DNA from: Candidatus Moraniibacteriota bacterium
GTDB taxonomy: Bacteria; Patescibacteriota; Minisyncoccia; Moranbacterales; UBA1568
Direction: 5' to 3'
Assembly (NCBI GenBank): GCA_016699425.1
Contig: CP064975.1
Location: forward strand, 1,056,942 to 1,120,941
DNA: 64,000 nt
Part shown: positions 16,705-27,175 of the stretch, in pieces
Layout of the letters: every line of letters begins with the position of its first letter
How positions within the stretch are numbered: the first letter of the stretch is position 1
Notes under the pieces: model-generated
The model's database searches: none
What the model was told of the DNA's origin: nothing
Seen by the model: only the letters and a program-made list of their open reading frames with translations
Made by a program: the position numbers and the translations under genes

Positions 16705-17953
16705 TTCGAAATGCTGCCACAGTTAGCCCGAGCGTCCCCCAAACGGCCAAAGCAAGGTCGTTTTTCATATACGGCGTATCGACGAGTCCGTAGACGAGGT
16801 AGAAAGAAAGTAGCGCTACCCCCAGCGCTCCAACGGCAGGAATAGACCCTGACCCCTGCGACCAGGACTGCGGTTTCAAAGCCGCGAGTGCGATGACTGA
16901 CACACACCCGAGCAAGCCAATGAGAGCGAGTACTCCACCCTCGATGAGGAAGTGAAGGTAGAGATTGTGTGGTGTCGGTACGGCCCACTCGAGATAGGGC
17001 GGGAAATATGACTGGTAGGCGAGGTACGTCTCTTGGAAGCGCCCCGTGCCGATACCCCAGGGAAAGGAATCAGCCGCAATCTGCCCCGCTGATCGCCAAA
17101 TCATAATCCGGGAAGCAAGCGAAGAACGTTCACTGCCCGAAAGTATCGCCTGAAACTTCTCCGATCCACTTTCCTGTACAAAGAACCCTCCGACCACTAA
17201 GACAGCGAGAAGGAGCGTGAGTAATGCCGGCCGCACAGATAGTCTCCCGATACCCACAAATACAACCACGGCGACGCAGAGGGCCAACCAAGCGGCATAC
17301 GAATGTGTTGCCCAGAGGACCGGCAGTATGAAGATGAGACCAAGGATACTCAACCACTGAGCTGTTCTCTCGGTACGAGACTGGAAAAAATAGAGCGAGA
17401 GCAACACTCCTGGAGCTACGAGCATCGCGAGATAGTTCGGGGACAGATAAGGCCCGGCGAGCCGTCCATCATAGAGCTGCCAGCCCGCACTGAACGCACT
17501 GAGTGCGGCGACTGAGGCTGCGAGGAGGCCGAGTAACCAGGCGAGTGTAAATCGTTCAAGCCACTCTTTCGTCTCACCAAAAACAAGAATGAGGGCGGAA
17601 AAAACTACAGGGAGGATATAGAAGCTCTTGATGGCTCCCCAGCCAGAAAGCGTATGCGGGTTGAGGAAAAAAGCAGACAAAATACCCACTAGAAAAAGTG
17701 CGGCCCAGAGAACAAGTGCCTGCCTTTCCAGAGCAATCACGACAAACCGCGTTCTCAACCAGCCCCACCCCATGAGTGGAGCAGCCGCCACCGCAAAGAG
17801 AAGCGCCGCCTCGGACCAATACAGCCCGGTTCCGAAGACTCGCAGATGGGCCACTGGAAACAGGATAAAGACCAGAAACAGGCACCAACGGGGGATATCG
17901 GCGTATCGTCCCGGGGGCACAGTACCCGAGAGAGTAGATAAGAGAGAAGGCAT
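16694..17953 (-). CDS. O-antigen ligase / Wzy_C-domain polytopic membrane protein
   Basis: Ten or more TM segments. PTPHNLYLHFLIEGGVLAL matches the O-antigen-ligase periplasmic-loop motif (H..N..L...GG). Confidence 0.6.
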   Translation of the reverse strand: MPSLLSTLSGTVPPGRYADIPRWCLFLVFILFPVAHLRVFGTGLYWSEAALLFAVAAAPLMGWGWLRTRFVVIALERQALVLWAALFLVGILSAFFLNPHTLSGWGAIKSFYILPVVFSALILVFGETKEWLERFTLAWLLGLLAASVAALSAFSAGWQLYDGRLAGPYLSPNYLAMLVAPGVLLSLYFFQSRTERTAQWLSILGLIFILPVLWATHSYAAWLALCVAVVVFVGIGRLSVRPALLTLLLAVLVVGGFFVQESGSEKFQAILSGSERSSLASRIMIWRSAGQIAADSFPWGIGTGRFQETYLAYQSYFPPYLEWAVPTPHNLYLHFLIEGGVLALIGLLGCVSVIALAALKPQSWSQGSGSIPAVGALGVALLSFYLVYGLVDTPYMKNDLALAVWGTLGLTVAAFRIRA

Positions 17954-17981
17954 GGCTCTATTCTATCAGCTATCAGGTATA

Positions 17982-19286
17982 TCACGCCTGTCGATCGCCC
18001 GGCTGTTTCAGTGAGGCAGCGAGGACGAATGCGAGCATGAGAACGAGGGTGACATGTACGGAATACAGCGCGGTCTCGAAGAGTGAATGGGTCAGATAGA
18101 GGACAAAGAGGGCCACCAATGCTGGAGCCAGTGGATCGCTGTGCCTGGCACAGAACGCTTGGCGGAGAGCGTACAAGTATATGGCGAGAAATAGCATCAG
18201 TCCTAGGATGCCGATTTCGAGGGCAATATCAAGATAGAGATTGTGTGCGTAGAATGGGGCGTGGGTGTCGAGCATCGGCCGAGCAACGACGATATAATTC
18301 CCCAGTCCAGTACCGAGAAGAGGCCGATCAAGGATATATCCCAGGGCTTCCTGCCAGAGGACAATCCGCTCTGTACTGGACGCATCCGCCAGAGTGAAGC
18401 TCGAGCCGAAGCGCGAGAGTACTGGCTGCCCCAGAAGGGAAACAGCCAGAAAACTGAGAAATAACGCCCCGCCCACTCCCTTTTTCATACTTACTGAAAA
18501 GTCCTTCCAACTCAGAAAGAGAAAGATGAGCCATCCACTCAGAAGCCCTATATAACCGCCTCGAGAAAACGTAAGGATATCGGCCAGGAACAACACTGTG
18601 GCCATCCCAAAATACCTCCGCAGACCACTCTGCCGAGCCATTCCCAATGCCAATAATCCGCTCATACCAAAGAAATAGGCGGCAACATGCGGATCGGGAA
18701 AAAAGGCTGTTACTCGCAGAACCGTCTCACCGCTGACATTCACCAAGAGGCTCGGGTAGCTCGCGACCAATGCGCCGAGTTCTCTTCCCAGGAAAAACGG
18801 CAGTATCTGCTCGACCAGAAAGTGGAATACCTCACCCGCTCCCAGAAAGAATTGGGTTGCAAAAATAATTAGTCCTATCGAGGCCACACCCGTCGCACCG
18901 AAAAGCAGGGCCTGGATGAGGCGAATGCTGTACCGTGGTTCTTTCCAACTGAGGTCATACCAGACAAAAACAAGCGGCAGGAAATTGAAAAGAAAGGCTA
19001 TTTTCGGAACGGCCAGATCTGCTCGCATTGCCCAAAGACTTGAAAACAACGCGATACCGAGAAATGAGAAGAGAGCACCCGTGAAAAGTAGTGTGGGCAA
19101 TCGCCAGACTCGCCGGAAAAAAACCTGAGCGAGGAATATGACCACTATCAGCGCCGCCATGACACGGGCGAGGGGGATATCGCCGAGAGCGCCCAAGGGT
19201 AGGACAAACTGAAAGGAAAGCGTCGCAAGGAGAATGAAGGAGAGCCAAGCAATCATACGGGTGCCGGTCAGAAAATACGGAAACAC
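17982..19286 (-). CDS. second O-antigen ligase / Wzy_C-domain membrane protein (paralogue)
   Basis: YAHNLYLDIALEIGILGL motif and polytopic topology. Confidence 0.6.
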   Translation of the reverse strand: MFPYFLTGTRMIAWLSFILLATLSFQFVLPLGALGDIPLARVMAALIVVIFLAQVFFRRVWRLPTLLFTGALFSFLGIALFSSLWAMRADLAVPKIAFLFNFLPLVFVWYDLSWKEPRYSIRLIQALLFGATGVASIGLIIFATQFFLGAGEVFHFLVEQILPFFLGRELGALVASYPSLLVNVSGETVLRVTAFFPDPHVAAYFFGMSGLLALGMARQSGLRRYFGMATVLFLADILTFSRGGYIGLLSGWLIFLFLSWKDFSVSMKKGVGGALFLSFLAVSLLGQPVLSRFGSSFTLADASSTERIVLWQEALGYILDRPLLGTGLGNYIVVARPMLDTHAPFYAHNLYLDIALEIGILGLMLFLAIYLYALRQAFCARHSDPLAPALVALFVLYLTHSLFETALYSVHVTLVLMLAFVLAASLKQPGDRQA

Positions 19287-20062
19287 TTGTGGGTGACCGC
19301 CAGCAGAAATTGTTCATGCCTCGGACGCCATTTCTTGAAGTAATGCCTTTGGCCAGCATAGTACGCCTGTTTTTTCGCCCCGATACTCTTGTGACTGCGG
19401 CCACCTGCATGCTGGAAGATGATGAAGGGGTACATCCCGACCCAGGCACCACCATCGGTGGCCCGCCGGGCGAGATCGACGTCTTCGAAGTAGAGAAAAT
19501 ATGATGAATCGAAACCGCCGAGCGAAAGAAAAAAATCCCGACGAATCGCAAATGCCGCACCCGATACCCAGTCTACTTTTGAAATGGCCGTCGCCTGCCA
19601 TGGCTGACTGAGCAGGGCAGGAAGCATGTTAGCAAAGAGAATGCGCCACAGATTCGGGAACTGGCCCGCGCTCCAGCGCTCCCGGATGCCGCTTGCTTGG
19701 ACCAATGCCATACCATAGAACGCTCTCGGCCGAAACTCAAAGGCCCGCATCAGTCCTTGGAAATTTGCCCGCCGAAGCTGCGTATCGGGGTTAATAAAAA
19801 AAAGGACTTCTCCCGTAGCCAACCGACTGCCGACATTATTTGCCCCACCGAAGCCAAGATTCCGCTCCTGATGCACGATGCAAAGATCTGGGAAAGACTG
19901 TGCCATCCCGTCGAGGAGCGTCCTTTCTGTCGGATCATTGTTGATGATGATGTATTCGGCCAATATCTGCGAGTCTGCAACCGAACGCAGTGATACCAGT
20001 GACTGCCCGAGGAGGTCAGCACTCTGGAAATTCACAAAGATGAATGAGATGGCGGGTTTCAT
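19268..20062 (-). CDS. family 2 glycosyltransferase
   Basis: GT2 N-terminal beta strand plus DxD-like region (IIINNDPTERT... LFFINPD). Confidence 0.65.
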   Translation of the reverse strand: MKPAISFIFVNFQSADLLGQSLVSLRSVADSQILAEYIIINNDPTERTLLDGMAQSFPDLCIVHQERNLGFGGANNVGSRLATGEVLFFINPDTQLRRANFQGLMRAFEFRPRAFYGMALVQASGIRERWSAGQFPNLWRILFANMLPALLSQPWQATAISKVDWVSGAAFAIRRDFFLSLGGFDSSYFLYFEDVDLARRATDGGAWVGMYPFIIFQHAGGRSHKSIGAKKQAYYAGQRHYFKKWRPRHEQFLLAVTHKCFRIF

Positions 20063-20913
20063 AACGAAACATCAGTATACGCCCGTTTCACCTCGTCAGC
20101 CACTGGTCGTGGGCGATATCGGACTTCGACCCAGTTCTTCAGCTGGCGGAGGACGAGAACACAGCGCACCCACAGCCACCACAACCCTCGGCTCTCGCGC
20201 AGGAAGAATTCGACACCTGAACGCACCAGCCAATAGGTCTTGGTAGGGTTCTCACGGCTTTCCTCGGAATGAGAGACCCGAGCCTCGGGTATGACCCAGA
20301 GCTTGAGGCCCGCGCGCGCAGCCTGGAGCGAATAAGCCGCATCCTCGTAATAGAGAAAGTAGCGTTCATCCAAGAGCCCGATTGAAGCCATCGCCTCTCG
20401 CGGAATAAACAGGGCACAACCCGTAAGAAAGCCCGTTTCATAAGGGGTGTGTTCTGAGATAAATGACTGTTCATGTTTCGTCCGCATCCGGAAGAAATCA
20501 ATCCGCCCACCCGCAAACCATGGTGTTTGCTGCTCAGTGGTGATTATCGCTGGTGAGAACAAGGCTCGGCCGCCACACTCTGTCAGGGCCTGCTTCAGCT
20601 GACCAAGGGCATCGGGCGCAACAGAAGCATCGTTGTTCAAGAGCCAAAACGCATCAAACTCTCCATGCTCAAGCATTTGCCGGATACCGAAATTCATACC
20701 CGCCGCAAACCCGCCGTTCGCCTCAGTGCGTATCACTTCGACCCATGGGTAGCGGCTGCGCATCGCCGCCATGAGCGTTTCTTCGTGACCATTGTCAACA
20801 ATCAGCACTCGATCCTGTGGACCAATCGCCAGCTCAAGCGAGGCGAGGCAGCGAGGAAGCACCTGCTCGCCTCGGTAATTTAAGACGATGACAGCAACTG
20901 ACAGGGGCGACAT
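20059..20913 (-). CDS. family 2 glycosyltransferase
   Basis: VIVLNYRGEQ...LIVDNGH...LLNNDA is a typical GT2 pattern. Its end overlaps the neighbouring GT2 by 4 nt. Confidence 0.7.
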   Translation of the reverse strand: MSPLSVAVIVLNYRGEQVLPRCLASLELAIGPQDRVLIVDNGHEETLMAAMRSRYPWVEVIRTEANGGFAAGMNFGIRQMLEHGEFDAFWLLNNDASVAPDALGQLKQALTECGGRALFSPAIITTEQQTPWFAGGRIDFFRMRTKHEQSFISEHTPYETGFLTGCALFIPREAMASIGLLDERYFLYYEDAAYSLQAARAGLKLWVIPEARVSHSEESRENPTKTYWLVRSGVEFFLRESRGLWWLWVRCVLVLRQLKNWVEVRYRPRPVADEVKRAYTDVSL

Positions 20914-20916
20914 AGC

Positions 20917-22374
20917 CTAGACAGATACAGATTCGAAGCGTTCATCTTTAGTTCCTTCCTTATCGCTGAAAATACTCATCACCTCGAGCGACGTCACCGC
21001 GCGAGTCAGCCACAAGAGCACTCCATAAGAAACACCCGCCAAGAGCAGTCTCACAATGAAGGGGAGTGCGGCAGAAAGGACCAGCACCACTGCCATGACT
21101 GCAGCCGAAAGGAAAATTCTGGGCAACCGATCTGGTTTCGGGAAAAAACCGAGCGTGCGGTACGTAATCACTCCCGAGAGGATGACGACCAAAGCTTCTG
21201 TGGTCGCAGATGAGACGGCTGCCCCGAAGTAAGAGAACTCTCGAATCAAAATGAGATTCAACGAGACATTTACCACAGCGACCAAGGTAAGTGCCTTCAA
21301 GAGCCGCTTCTGTGCATTACCGACGAGGATCAGCATGTTGAAGTAGTGTCCGAAAAAGATACCCGCGAGAGAAAAGATGAGGATGCGGAGCACATCAGCC
21401 GAGACCTCAAACCCGCCGCCGCTCACCACCGCGACGATCTCGGGCGCAAGGATGAGCGTCGCGATAATAATCGGCAGGACAATGGCGATGAAGACCTTGG
21501 CGGTCTTGTCAGCGATCTCTCGAAAGAGGATAGGATCAGCCTGGTGGGCGCGTGACAGGAGTGGGAGGATGAGACCGACGAGCATGGCCGGGAAGAAAAT
21601 CAGGTTCTCCATAATTTTGTAGGCAACATTGTAGATACCGACATGCGCCGCGGGTTGGAGAAGTGAGAGGATGATCGTATCGAGCTTGAAATACGCGAAG
21701 GTAATAATCGCGGTCAAGCCGAGTGGCCAAGCATCGTGCATGAAACGCTTCCAAAAGGGGGCGTCCCAAGAAAAATGAAACTGTAAAAATTTTCGTGAAA
21801 GAAAAAGCTCGACGGCTGCATTGAAAAACATCGTAAACAAGACCGCACTCACAATCGCAAGAAAGCCGAGATCAAAACGGACAGCGAGATAGACGAGTAC
21901 GAACTGGAGGATCTTCCCCACGAATTCCACCATCGCCACCCGATCCATCGCGAGCCGTTTCTGGAAAATACCATTGAGAAGCGTGCTGAATTGGGCGAAG
22001 AGGAGCGCGACGGTGATAACCACCACTCCACCCTTGACCGATGCGCTGTAGTGGAACCAGAAGAGAATCAGTGGAGCGATAATGATAATCAAGGCGCTCA
22101 TGAGAACGCGAAGGGATGCGACTTTTCCGAAAAACTCCGCCTCATCCACCGTCGGCTTGGCAATTTCCCGAGCCGTGATATTGGCAAGCCCCAGGTCACC
22201 AATGGCCCCAAAAAAAGCGAAAAAGGCGAGTACGGTGGCATATTCTCCGAAGCCTTCCTGTCCGAGATAGCCAGTGATGAGCCGGATGGAGAGCAGCGCA
22301 ATAAAAACCGTCGACGTCACTTTGAGCGCCGAATTGAAGACGACATTGTAGGCGATTTTTCTGGCCAGAGCCAT
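20917..22374 (-). CDS. polysaccharide/oligosaccharide flippase (Wzx-like, MOP superfamily)
   Basis: About 12-14 TM segments typical of the polysaccharide biosynthesis protein family. The start is probably the MALARKIAYN methionine rather than the ORF-track start at 22461. Confidence 0.65.
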   Translation of the reverse strand: MALARKIAYNVVFNSALKVTSTVFIALLSIRLITGYLGQEGFGEYATVLAFFAFFGAIGDLGLANITAREIAKPTVDEAEFFGKVASLRVLMSALIIIIAPLILFWFHYSASVKGGVVVITVALLFAQFSTLLNGIFQKRLAMDRVAMVEFVGKILQFVLVYLAVRFDLGFLAIVSAVLFTMFFNAAVELFLSRKFLQFHFSWDAPFWKRFMHDAWPLGLTAIITFAYFKLDTIILSLLQPAAHVGIYNVAYKIMENLIFFPAMLVGLILPLLSRAHQADPILFREIADKTAKVFIAIVLPIIIATLILAPEIVAVVSGGGFEVSADVLRILIFSLAGIFFGHYFNMLILVGNAQKRLLKALTLVAVVNVSLNLILIREFSYFGAAVSSATTEALVVILSGVITYRTLGFFPKPDRLPRIFLSAAVMAVVLVLSAALPFIVRLLLAGVSYGVLLWLTRAVTSLEVMSIFSDKEGTKDERFESVSV

Positions 22375-22384
22375 GGGAGAACGC

Positions 22385-22885
22385 TTAAAGCACTGGTTCC
22401 TCACCTGCCATCTCAGGCTTTTGCCGAATAAGAATTTTCCGTTCCTCACCTGAACCGACACTTTCCGTCATGACGGTCGGATGGGACGCGAGGAGATGAT
22501 GGATCAGCTTGCGCTCGAATGAAAGCATGGGCCGCAGAGTCACCGGGAGACCCGTCTCCTCGACTTCCTTCACTGCAGCCATTGCCTCTCGCTCGAGAAA
22601 TCCCTTCTTCTCTTCGAAATACCGATTGACGTCGAGACTGAGAATGCCATTTTTCGGCATCTCTCTGCGGACCGCAAGCTTCACGAGGTGTAAAAGTGCC
22701 GCCACATTCGCGCCATGCTGACCGATAAGGAGGTTTTGACCTTCCTGGAGGGTAATTTCACAATGATACCGGATGAGATCATTAGCAACCATTTCCTCAC
22801 CTGTCTTTACCTCCGCCGCGAAACCGATCCGCTGCAACAGATCTTTGACGGTATCGTTGAGATAATTACGGAAAGGCTGCTCCAT
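22385..22885 (-). CDS. jag: Jag/KhpB-like RNA-binding protein (KH + R3H domains)
   Basis: C-terminal R3H-like region (LSFERKLIHHLLASH). Position downstream of yidC. Confidence 0.7.
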   Translation of the reverse strand: MEQPFRNYLNDTVKDLLQRIGFAAEVKTGEEMVANDLIRYHCEITLQEGQNLLIGQHGANVAALLHLVKLAVRREMPKNGILSLDVNRYFEEKKGFLEREAMAAVKEVEETGLPVTLRPMLSFERKLIHHLLASHPTVMTESVGSGEERKILIRQKPEMAGEEPVL

Positions 22886-22900
22886 AGAGACGTTGGGGGA

Positions 22901-23656
22901 TTAACGAGGGGTAATAATCGGCGCTTTCTGATGGGTAAAAATCCATTTTTGCTGAAGCCAGGCCAGGAGCGTTGAAACGAACCAATAGAGCGAGAGAGCA
23001 GCTGGAAACTGGAAACTGAAGAAAAATACCAGTGCCGGACCGAGATACAACATCTGTTTCCCCATTATAGCAGCCATGTCGGGCATGTCGTTACCTTCCT
23101 TGGCCTCTTTTTTCACCGTCAAGGCAGTGGTCTGAGGCAAAATCATCTTGGTTTGGAAGTACTGAGCCAAGGCGGCCAGCGCGCCGAGCACCGGACTGGC
23201 CTTCACCATATCCAAAAACCCGAAGGCAATATGCTTGATCTCCCCTGGATTGGGCACAAAAGAGTACACATCGGCCCCATTGACCACGAGTCCATTGGAA
23301 TTAATACCGATGATAATCCGATAGAAAGTGATGAAAAACACGAGTTGGATAATGAGGGGAAGACAGCCAGCAAAGGGATTAACCTTATTTTCCTTATAAC
23401 AAGCCATAATCGCCTTCGTCTGTTCTGCCTTGTCTGATTTGTACTTCTCTTGAATCGCCTTCAGTTTCGGCTGAATCTCTTGCATCCGCTTCTGTTGCTC
23501 GATCTGCATCCGAGAAAGTGAGAAAAAAGCCGCCTTGATAAGGATAGTACTCAATACAATCGCAATTCCGAAGTCTTGAATAGGCAAGCCGGCATAGAAA
23601 AAAATCACCGCATTATATAGGGGTTGATAGATAACGATGTGGAAGATGTCTGCCAT
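22901..23656 (-). CDS. yidC: membrane protein insertase YidC, short form (251 aa)
   Basis: YidC/Oxa1 core helices (…CLPLIIQLVFF…). Conserved order rpmH-rnpA-yidC-jag. Confidence 0.85.
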   Translation of the reverse strand: MADIFHIVIYQPLYNAVIFFYAGLPIQDFGIAIVLSTILIKAAFFSLSRMQIEQQKRMQEIQPKLKAIQEKYKSDKAEQTKAIMACYKENKVNPFAGCLPLIIQLVFFITFYRIIIGINSNGLVVNGADVYSFVPNPGEIKHIAFGFLDMVKASPVLGALAALAQYFQTKMILPQTTALTVKKEAKEGNDMPDMAAIMGKQMLYLGPALVFFFSFQFPAALSLYWFVSTLLAWLQQKWIFTHQKAPIITPR

Positions 23657-23658
23657 AG

Positions 23659-24006
23659 CTATTTTTTCTCTTTATTAAGCCTTTCTACTAAGCTCTGAAG
23701 CTCTTTTTTCAACTGTGCATACTTCACCGACCCTAAAAATGGCTTATTGAAGAGGATGACGATATCGGTCGCTTTCGGCAAAAGCGGTGTCAACTCCCTC
23801 ATTATGGCACTTCCTTTCCGCTTCAGGAAATTCCGTGTTGCTGACCGAGGAAAGACCTTTTGCTTAAAGGCAAAGCCGACTCGGGCTTCAGTCAGAACTG
23901 TCGGACGAAAAAAAAGGCCGATTTCTGAACCAAAAATAGCCTTTCTTGAGCGAAAAACGGCCTCAAAACCGCCCTTCCCTCGCAAACGAAGGCGTTTTGG
24001 AAGCAT
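23659..24006 (-). CDS. rnpA: ribonuclease P protein component
   Basis: Basic ~115-aa protein with RnpA-like GFAFKQKV...RN..KR signature. Lies between rpmH and yidC. Confidence 0.8.
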   Translation of the reverse strand: MLPKRLRLRGKGGFEAVFRSRKAIFGSEIGLFFRPTVLTEARVGFAFKQKVFPRSATRNFLKRKGSAIMRELTPLLPKATDIVILFNKPFLGSVKYAQLKKELQSLVERLNKEKK

Positions 24007-24009
24007 AGC

Positions 24010-24150
24010 CTAAACAGACAACTTCTTCCGTCCTTGGCGCCGACGGCGCGTTATAACCGCTTGGCCGCCCTTTTCACTCATGCGTTTCAGAAAACCGTGA
24101 CGACGAGCGCGGCGGCGTTTTTTCGGCTGATAGGTGCGTTTTGTAGCCAT
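24010..24150 (-). CDS. rpmH: 50S ribosomal protein L34
   Basis: [46 protein letters not shown]. The ORF-track start at 24192 is a spurious upstream extension. Confidence 0.85.
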   Translation of the reverse strand: MATKRTYQPKKRRRARRHGFLKRMSEKGGQAVITRRRRQGRKKLSV

Positions 24151-24234
24151 AGGATAGAAAAAATATGTGTAGTCCAATTTTATTTTAAACAAGGGAAAAA
24201 GTCAACCTGGCTTATCCATACACGTTAGTAACCT

Positions 24235-24345
24235 AGGCCCTTGGAAATTCATTGGAAAAGTCGTGGACTTCTTTTATCCGGATTGATTATTCACAGCTTC
24301 TCCACAATTTATGCACGTTCGACCATCGATCGTGAACCTCCGGCA
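24235..24345. promoter_or_regulatory. DnaA-box cluster upstream of dnaA (oriC / dnaA promoter region)
   Basis: CTTATCCATAC, TTATCCGGA, TTATTCACA and TTCTCCACA are 0-1 mismatch matches to TTATCCACA. Confidence 0.6.
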
Positions 24346-24363
24346 TGATATAATCCGGTTTAC

Positions 24364-25809
24364 TTGCAACCCACCACCATGACAAATGAGGATCTTTGGA
24401 AAGCTGCTCTAGGACAGATTGAACTTTCCCTTTCAAAAGCCAATTTTATTACCTGGTTTAAAAATACGTCTATTCTTTCGATGGAAAATGGGCGCGTTGT
24501 GATTGGCGTTCCGAATGGATTTGCAAAAGAGTGGCTTGAAAATAAGTATAATCTATACATCATAAAGGCTCTGAAAAGCCTCGCTCCGGAAATCCAGGAT
24601 ATAAAGTGCTCCATTGCACCCAATAGCCATCGAAAAAATGGACCAGAAACCTTTGTTAAGTCGATGGATGGAGCACGCCCCTCTTCCATTGTTCAGCCGG
24701 AGAGCCCGCTCCCAAGCGGCTTTTCGAGAAAAAGAATCGCAGAAAAACCCGTATTGACCGCACCAAGCGGAGAAATCTTCCGCAGCAACCTTAACACTCG
24801 TTACACATTCGAGAATTTCATTGTCGCAGAGAATAATGAGTTGGCTCGAGCGGCCTGCTTTGCTATTTCTCAAAACTTGGGACACTTGTATAACCCACTC
24901 TTCATCTACGGAGGGGTCGGCCTAGGGAAAACCCATCTTCTCCAAGCCCTAGGGAATGAAATCGCCGCTAAACAACCGGAAAAAAGAGTGAAATACATCA
25001 CTTCGGAACGCTTTACGAGCGAGCTGGTCGAATCCATCAAGAATCAGACGGTCGATCAGTTCAAAGCCGCCTATGAACACATCGACCTTCTCATCATCGA
25101 CGATGTCCAATTCCTGTCTGGCCGAGAGAAAACCCAGAGTGAATTCTTCCACATTTTCAATGCCCTGTATCAGCTCAATAAGCAAATAGTCATTTCCAGC
25201 GACCGGACACCGAAGGCAATACCCACCCTTGAGGAGCGTCTCCGTTCCCGGTTCGAAGGCGGAATGATTGCCGATATCAGCCGACCGAGCCTCGAGACAC
25301 GTGCGGCCATCTTGGAAACAAAGGCTCAAGAGAAGGGTGTTATCATCGATTCCGCCTCAATCCACTTCATCGCAGAGCACGTGAAGGAAAATGTCCGAGA
25401 ACTCGAGGGTGCCCTCGCTCGCGTGAGTGCCTACAGTGAATTCCAAAAAGTCCCGATTGGTCTTTCTTTGGTTCAAAAAGCACTTTCAGATATGCTCGTC
25501 CAAACGAAAAAATCAGTTAAATTGGATGATATTGTTAAAATAGTGAGTGATTTTTATGGTGTACCTGTCGAAGAAATGGTGAAAAAGGGACGGAAGAAGG
25601 AAGTGGCTCACCCACGGCAAGTCGCTATGTATCTCCTTCGCACTGAACTCGATACGCCTTTTTCCACAATCGGGGACTTCTTCGGCGGGCGGGATCATAC
25701 TACTGTTCTCCATGCTGTAGACAAAATCACAAAAAATCGTGAATCGACGCTCCGGATACGAGAAGAGATTGCTTCTTTAAAAGAAAAACTTCAGGTCGCG
25801 CCTGTATAA
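24364..25809 (+). CDS. dnaA: chromosomal replication initiator DnaA
   Basis: Walker A GVGLGKTHLL, the AAA+ core, and a C-terminal DNA-binding domain (VAMYLLRTELDTPFSTIGDFFGGRDHTTVLHA). Confidence 0.95.
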   Translation: MQPTTMTNEDLWKAALGQIELSLSKANFITWFKNTSILSMENGRVVIGVPNGFAKEWLENKYNLYIIKALKSLAPEIQDIKCSIAPNSHRKNGPETFVKSMDGARPSSIVQPESPLPSGFSRKRIAEKPVLTAPSGEIFRSNLNTRYTFENFIVAENNELARAACFAISQNLGHLYNPLFIYGGVGLGKTHLLQALGNEIAAKQPEKRVKYITSERFTSELVESIKNQTVDQFKAAYEHIDLLIIDDVQFLSGREKTQSEFFHIFNALYQLNKQIVISSDRTPKAIPTLEERLRSRFEGGMIADISRPSLETRAAILETKAQEKGVIIDSASIHFIAEHVKENVRELEGALARVSAYSEFQKVPIGLSLVQKALSDMLVQTKKSVKLDDIVKIVSDFYGVPVEEMVKKGRKKEVAHPRQVAMYLLRTELDTPFSTIGDFFGGRDHTTVLHAVDKITKNRESTLRIREEIASLKEKLQVAPV

Positions 25810-26022
25810 ACCCTGGATAACGCTGTATTTCTCTCACCGACTCTGTTGATAAATAAATATTCTAGTGGATTACGTAGTGAAAACGAAACAAACCCTACAT
25901 TTTCATCCACATACTTTCTCACAATATTTCGCTTATCCAACACTTTCTATTCACTTTCCCACATATACAGAGCCGTAATAACAACAATACTCTATATAAA
26001 TCTAATTTAAAGATTACCTGCT
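25810..26022. promoter_or_regulatory. dnaA-dnaN intergenic region with DnaA boxes and an AT-rich unwinding element (probable oriC)
   Basis: CTGGATAAC, GTTGATAAA, TTCATCCACA and CTTATCCAAC boxes, followed by an AT-rich tract CTATATAAATCTAATTTAAAG. Confidence 0.6.
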
Positions 26023-27153
26023 ATGAAACTCAGCTGCACTCAAGAAAATCTCCGTGTCGCTCTCTCTTCCCTCGAACGTGTTGTTGGGAAACAAAGTACC
26101 TTGCCGATACTCAGTAATATCCTTTTGGAAACAGAGAGGGGGCAACTACGGCTTTCAGCGACCAATCTAGAAATTGGAGTTATTACTTCGATTGGAGCAA
26201 AGATTGAAGCAGAAGGGAAGATTACACTCCCAGCAAAATTACTAATAAATTTCATCCAGAATCTCGCTTTAGACCAAGTGGTGAGTATTGAGCAGATTGG
26301 GACGCAGGTTGTGCTGGAAAGTGGAAATTATACCGTTAAAATCAATGGTTTAGACGGGAAGGACTTTCCGATTATCCCAGAGCGGACAGAAGGAAGAATT
26401 TTTTCAATCGAGGCAGATGCTTTACGTCAGGGTCTTCAAAAGACGCTGTTCTGTGTTTCTTTAAATGAAAGTCGGGCAGAACTTACTGGGGTTCTTTTAG
26501 GATTTAGGGATGGGGTGTTGATTCTTACCGCAACCGATAGTTTTCGATTGGCTGAATGGCGGATGAAGGAAAAAATCGAGGGTGATATCAACTCCCTCGA
26601 ATCGAGCCAAGCATCAGTCATTATCCCGGCCTATACGCTTCAAGAAGTGCTTCGGGTCATGTCTCAGAATGCCGGTCGTGTGAGTGTGGCACTCGAGGAG
26701 AATCAGATATTTTTTGAAATCGGGAGTACTCGGATTGTTTCCCGTCTCATTAATGGGAAGTTTCCCGAATATCAAGCCATTATTCCAAAACAATTTTCAA
26801 CTGAGATTGTTCTTCAGCAGGATGAATTCCAGCGGGCATTGAAGATCGCCACATCCTTTTCAGCATACAGTTCTGGGGAGGTTGTATTTCGGTTGAATCC
26901 TGAGGAAAGTAGGCTCGAAATCCAATCCCAATCCCAGGGTATTGGTGAACAAGTTGCTAAGATCCCGTATGAAGGCGAGCTTTTGGAGCCACTACAAATC
27001 GTCTTCAATCCGCGCTATATTCTCGAAGGAGCGTCCATCCTTACGGGAAGCCAGATACGGATCGCTTTGAATTCTTCCTCGACGCCCGTCCGAATCTCTT
27101 CGGATATCGAACAGGAGGGGTATATTTACATCGTCATGCCGATCAGGAAATGA
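26023..27153 (+). CDS. dnaN: DNA polymerase III beta sliding clamp
   Basis: Three-domain clamp pattern. Position after dnaA. Confidence 0.9.
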   Translation: MKLSCTQENLRVALSSLERVVGKQSTLPILSNILLETERGQLRLSATNLEIGVITSIGAKIEAEGKITLPAKLLINFIQNLALDQVVSIEQIGTQVVLESGNYTVKINGLDGKDFPIIPERTEGRIFSIEADALRQGLQKTLFCVSLNESRAELTGVLLGFRDGVLILTATDSFRLAEWRMKEKIEGDINSLESSQASVIIPAYTLQEVLRVMSQNAGRVSVALEENQIFFEIGSTRIVSRLINGKFPEYQAIIPKQFSTEIVLQQDEFQRALKIATSFSAYSSGEVVFRLNPEESRLEIQSQSQGIGEQVAKIPYEGELLEPLQIVFNPRYILEGASILTGSQIRIALNSSSTPVRISSDIEQEGYIYIVMPIRK

Positions 27154-27175
27154 TGAATTATCCCCAGATAATTGG

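Noticed and set aside
22385-22461. Overlap between the jag gene and the flippase ORF
   Set aside because: The flippase ORF-track start at 22461 is an upstream extension. The internal Met at about 22374 removes the overlap.
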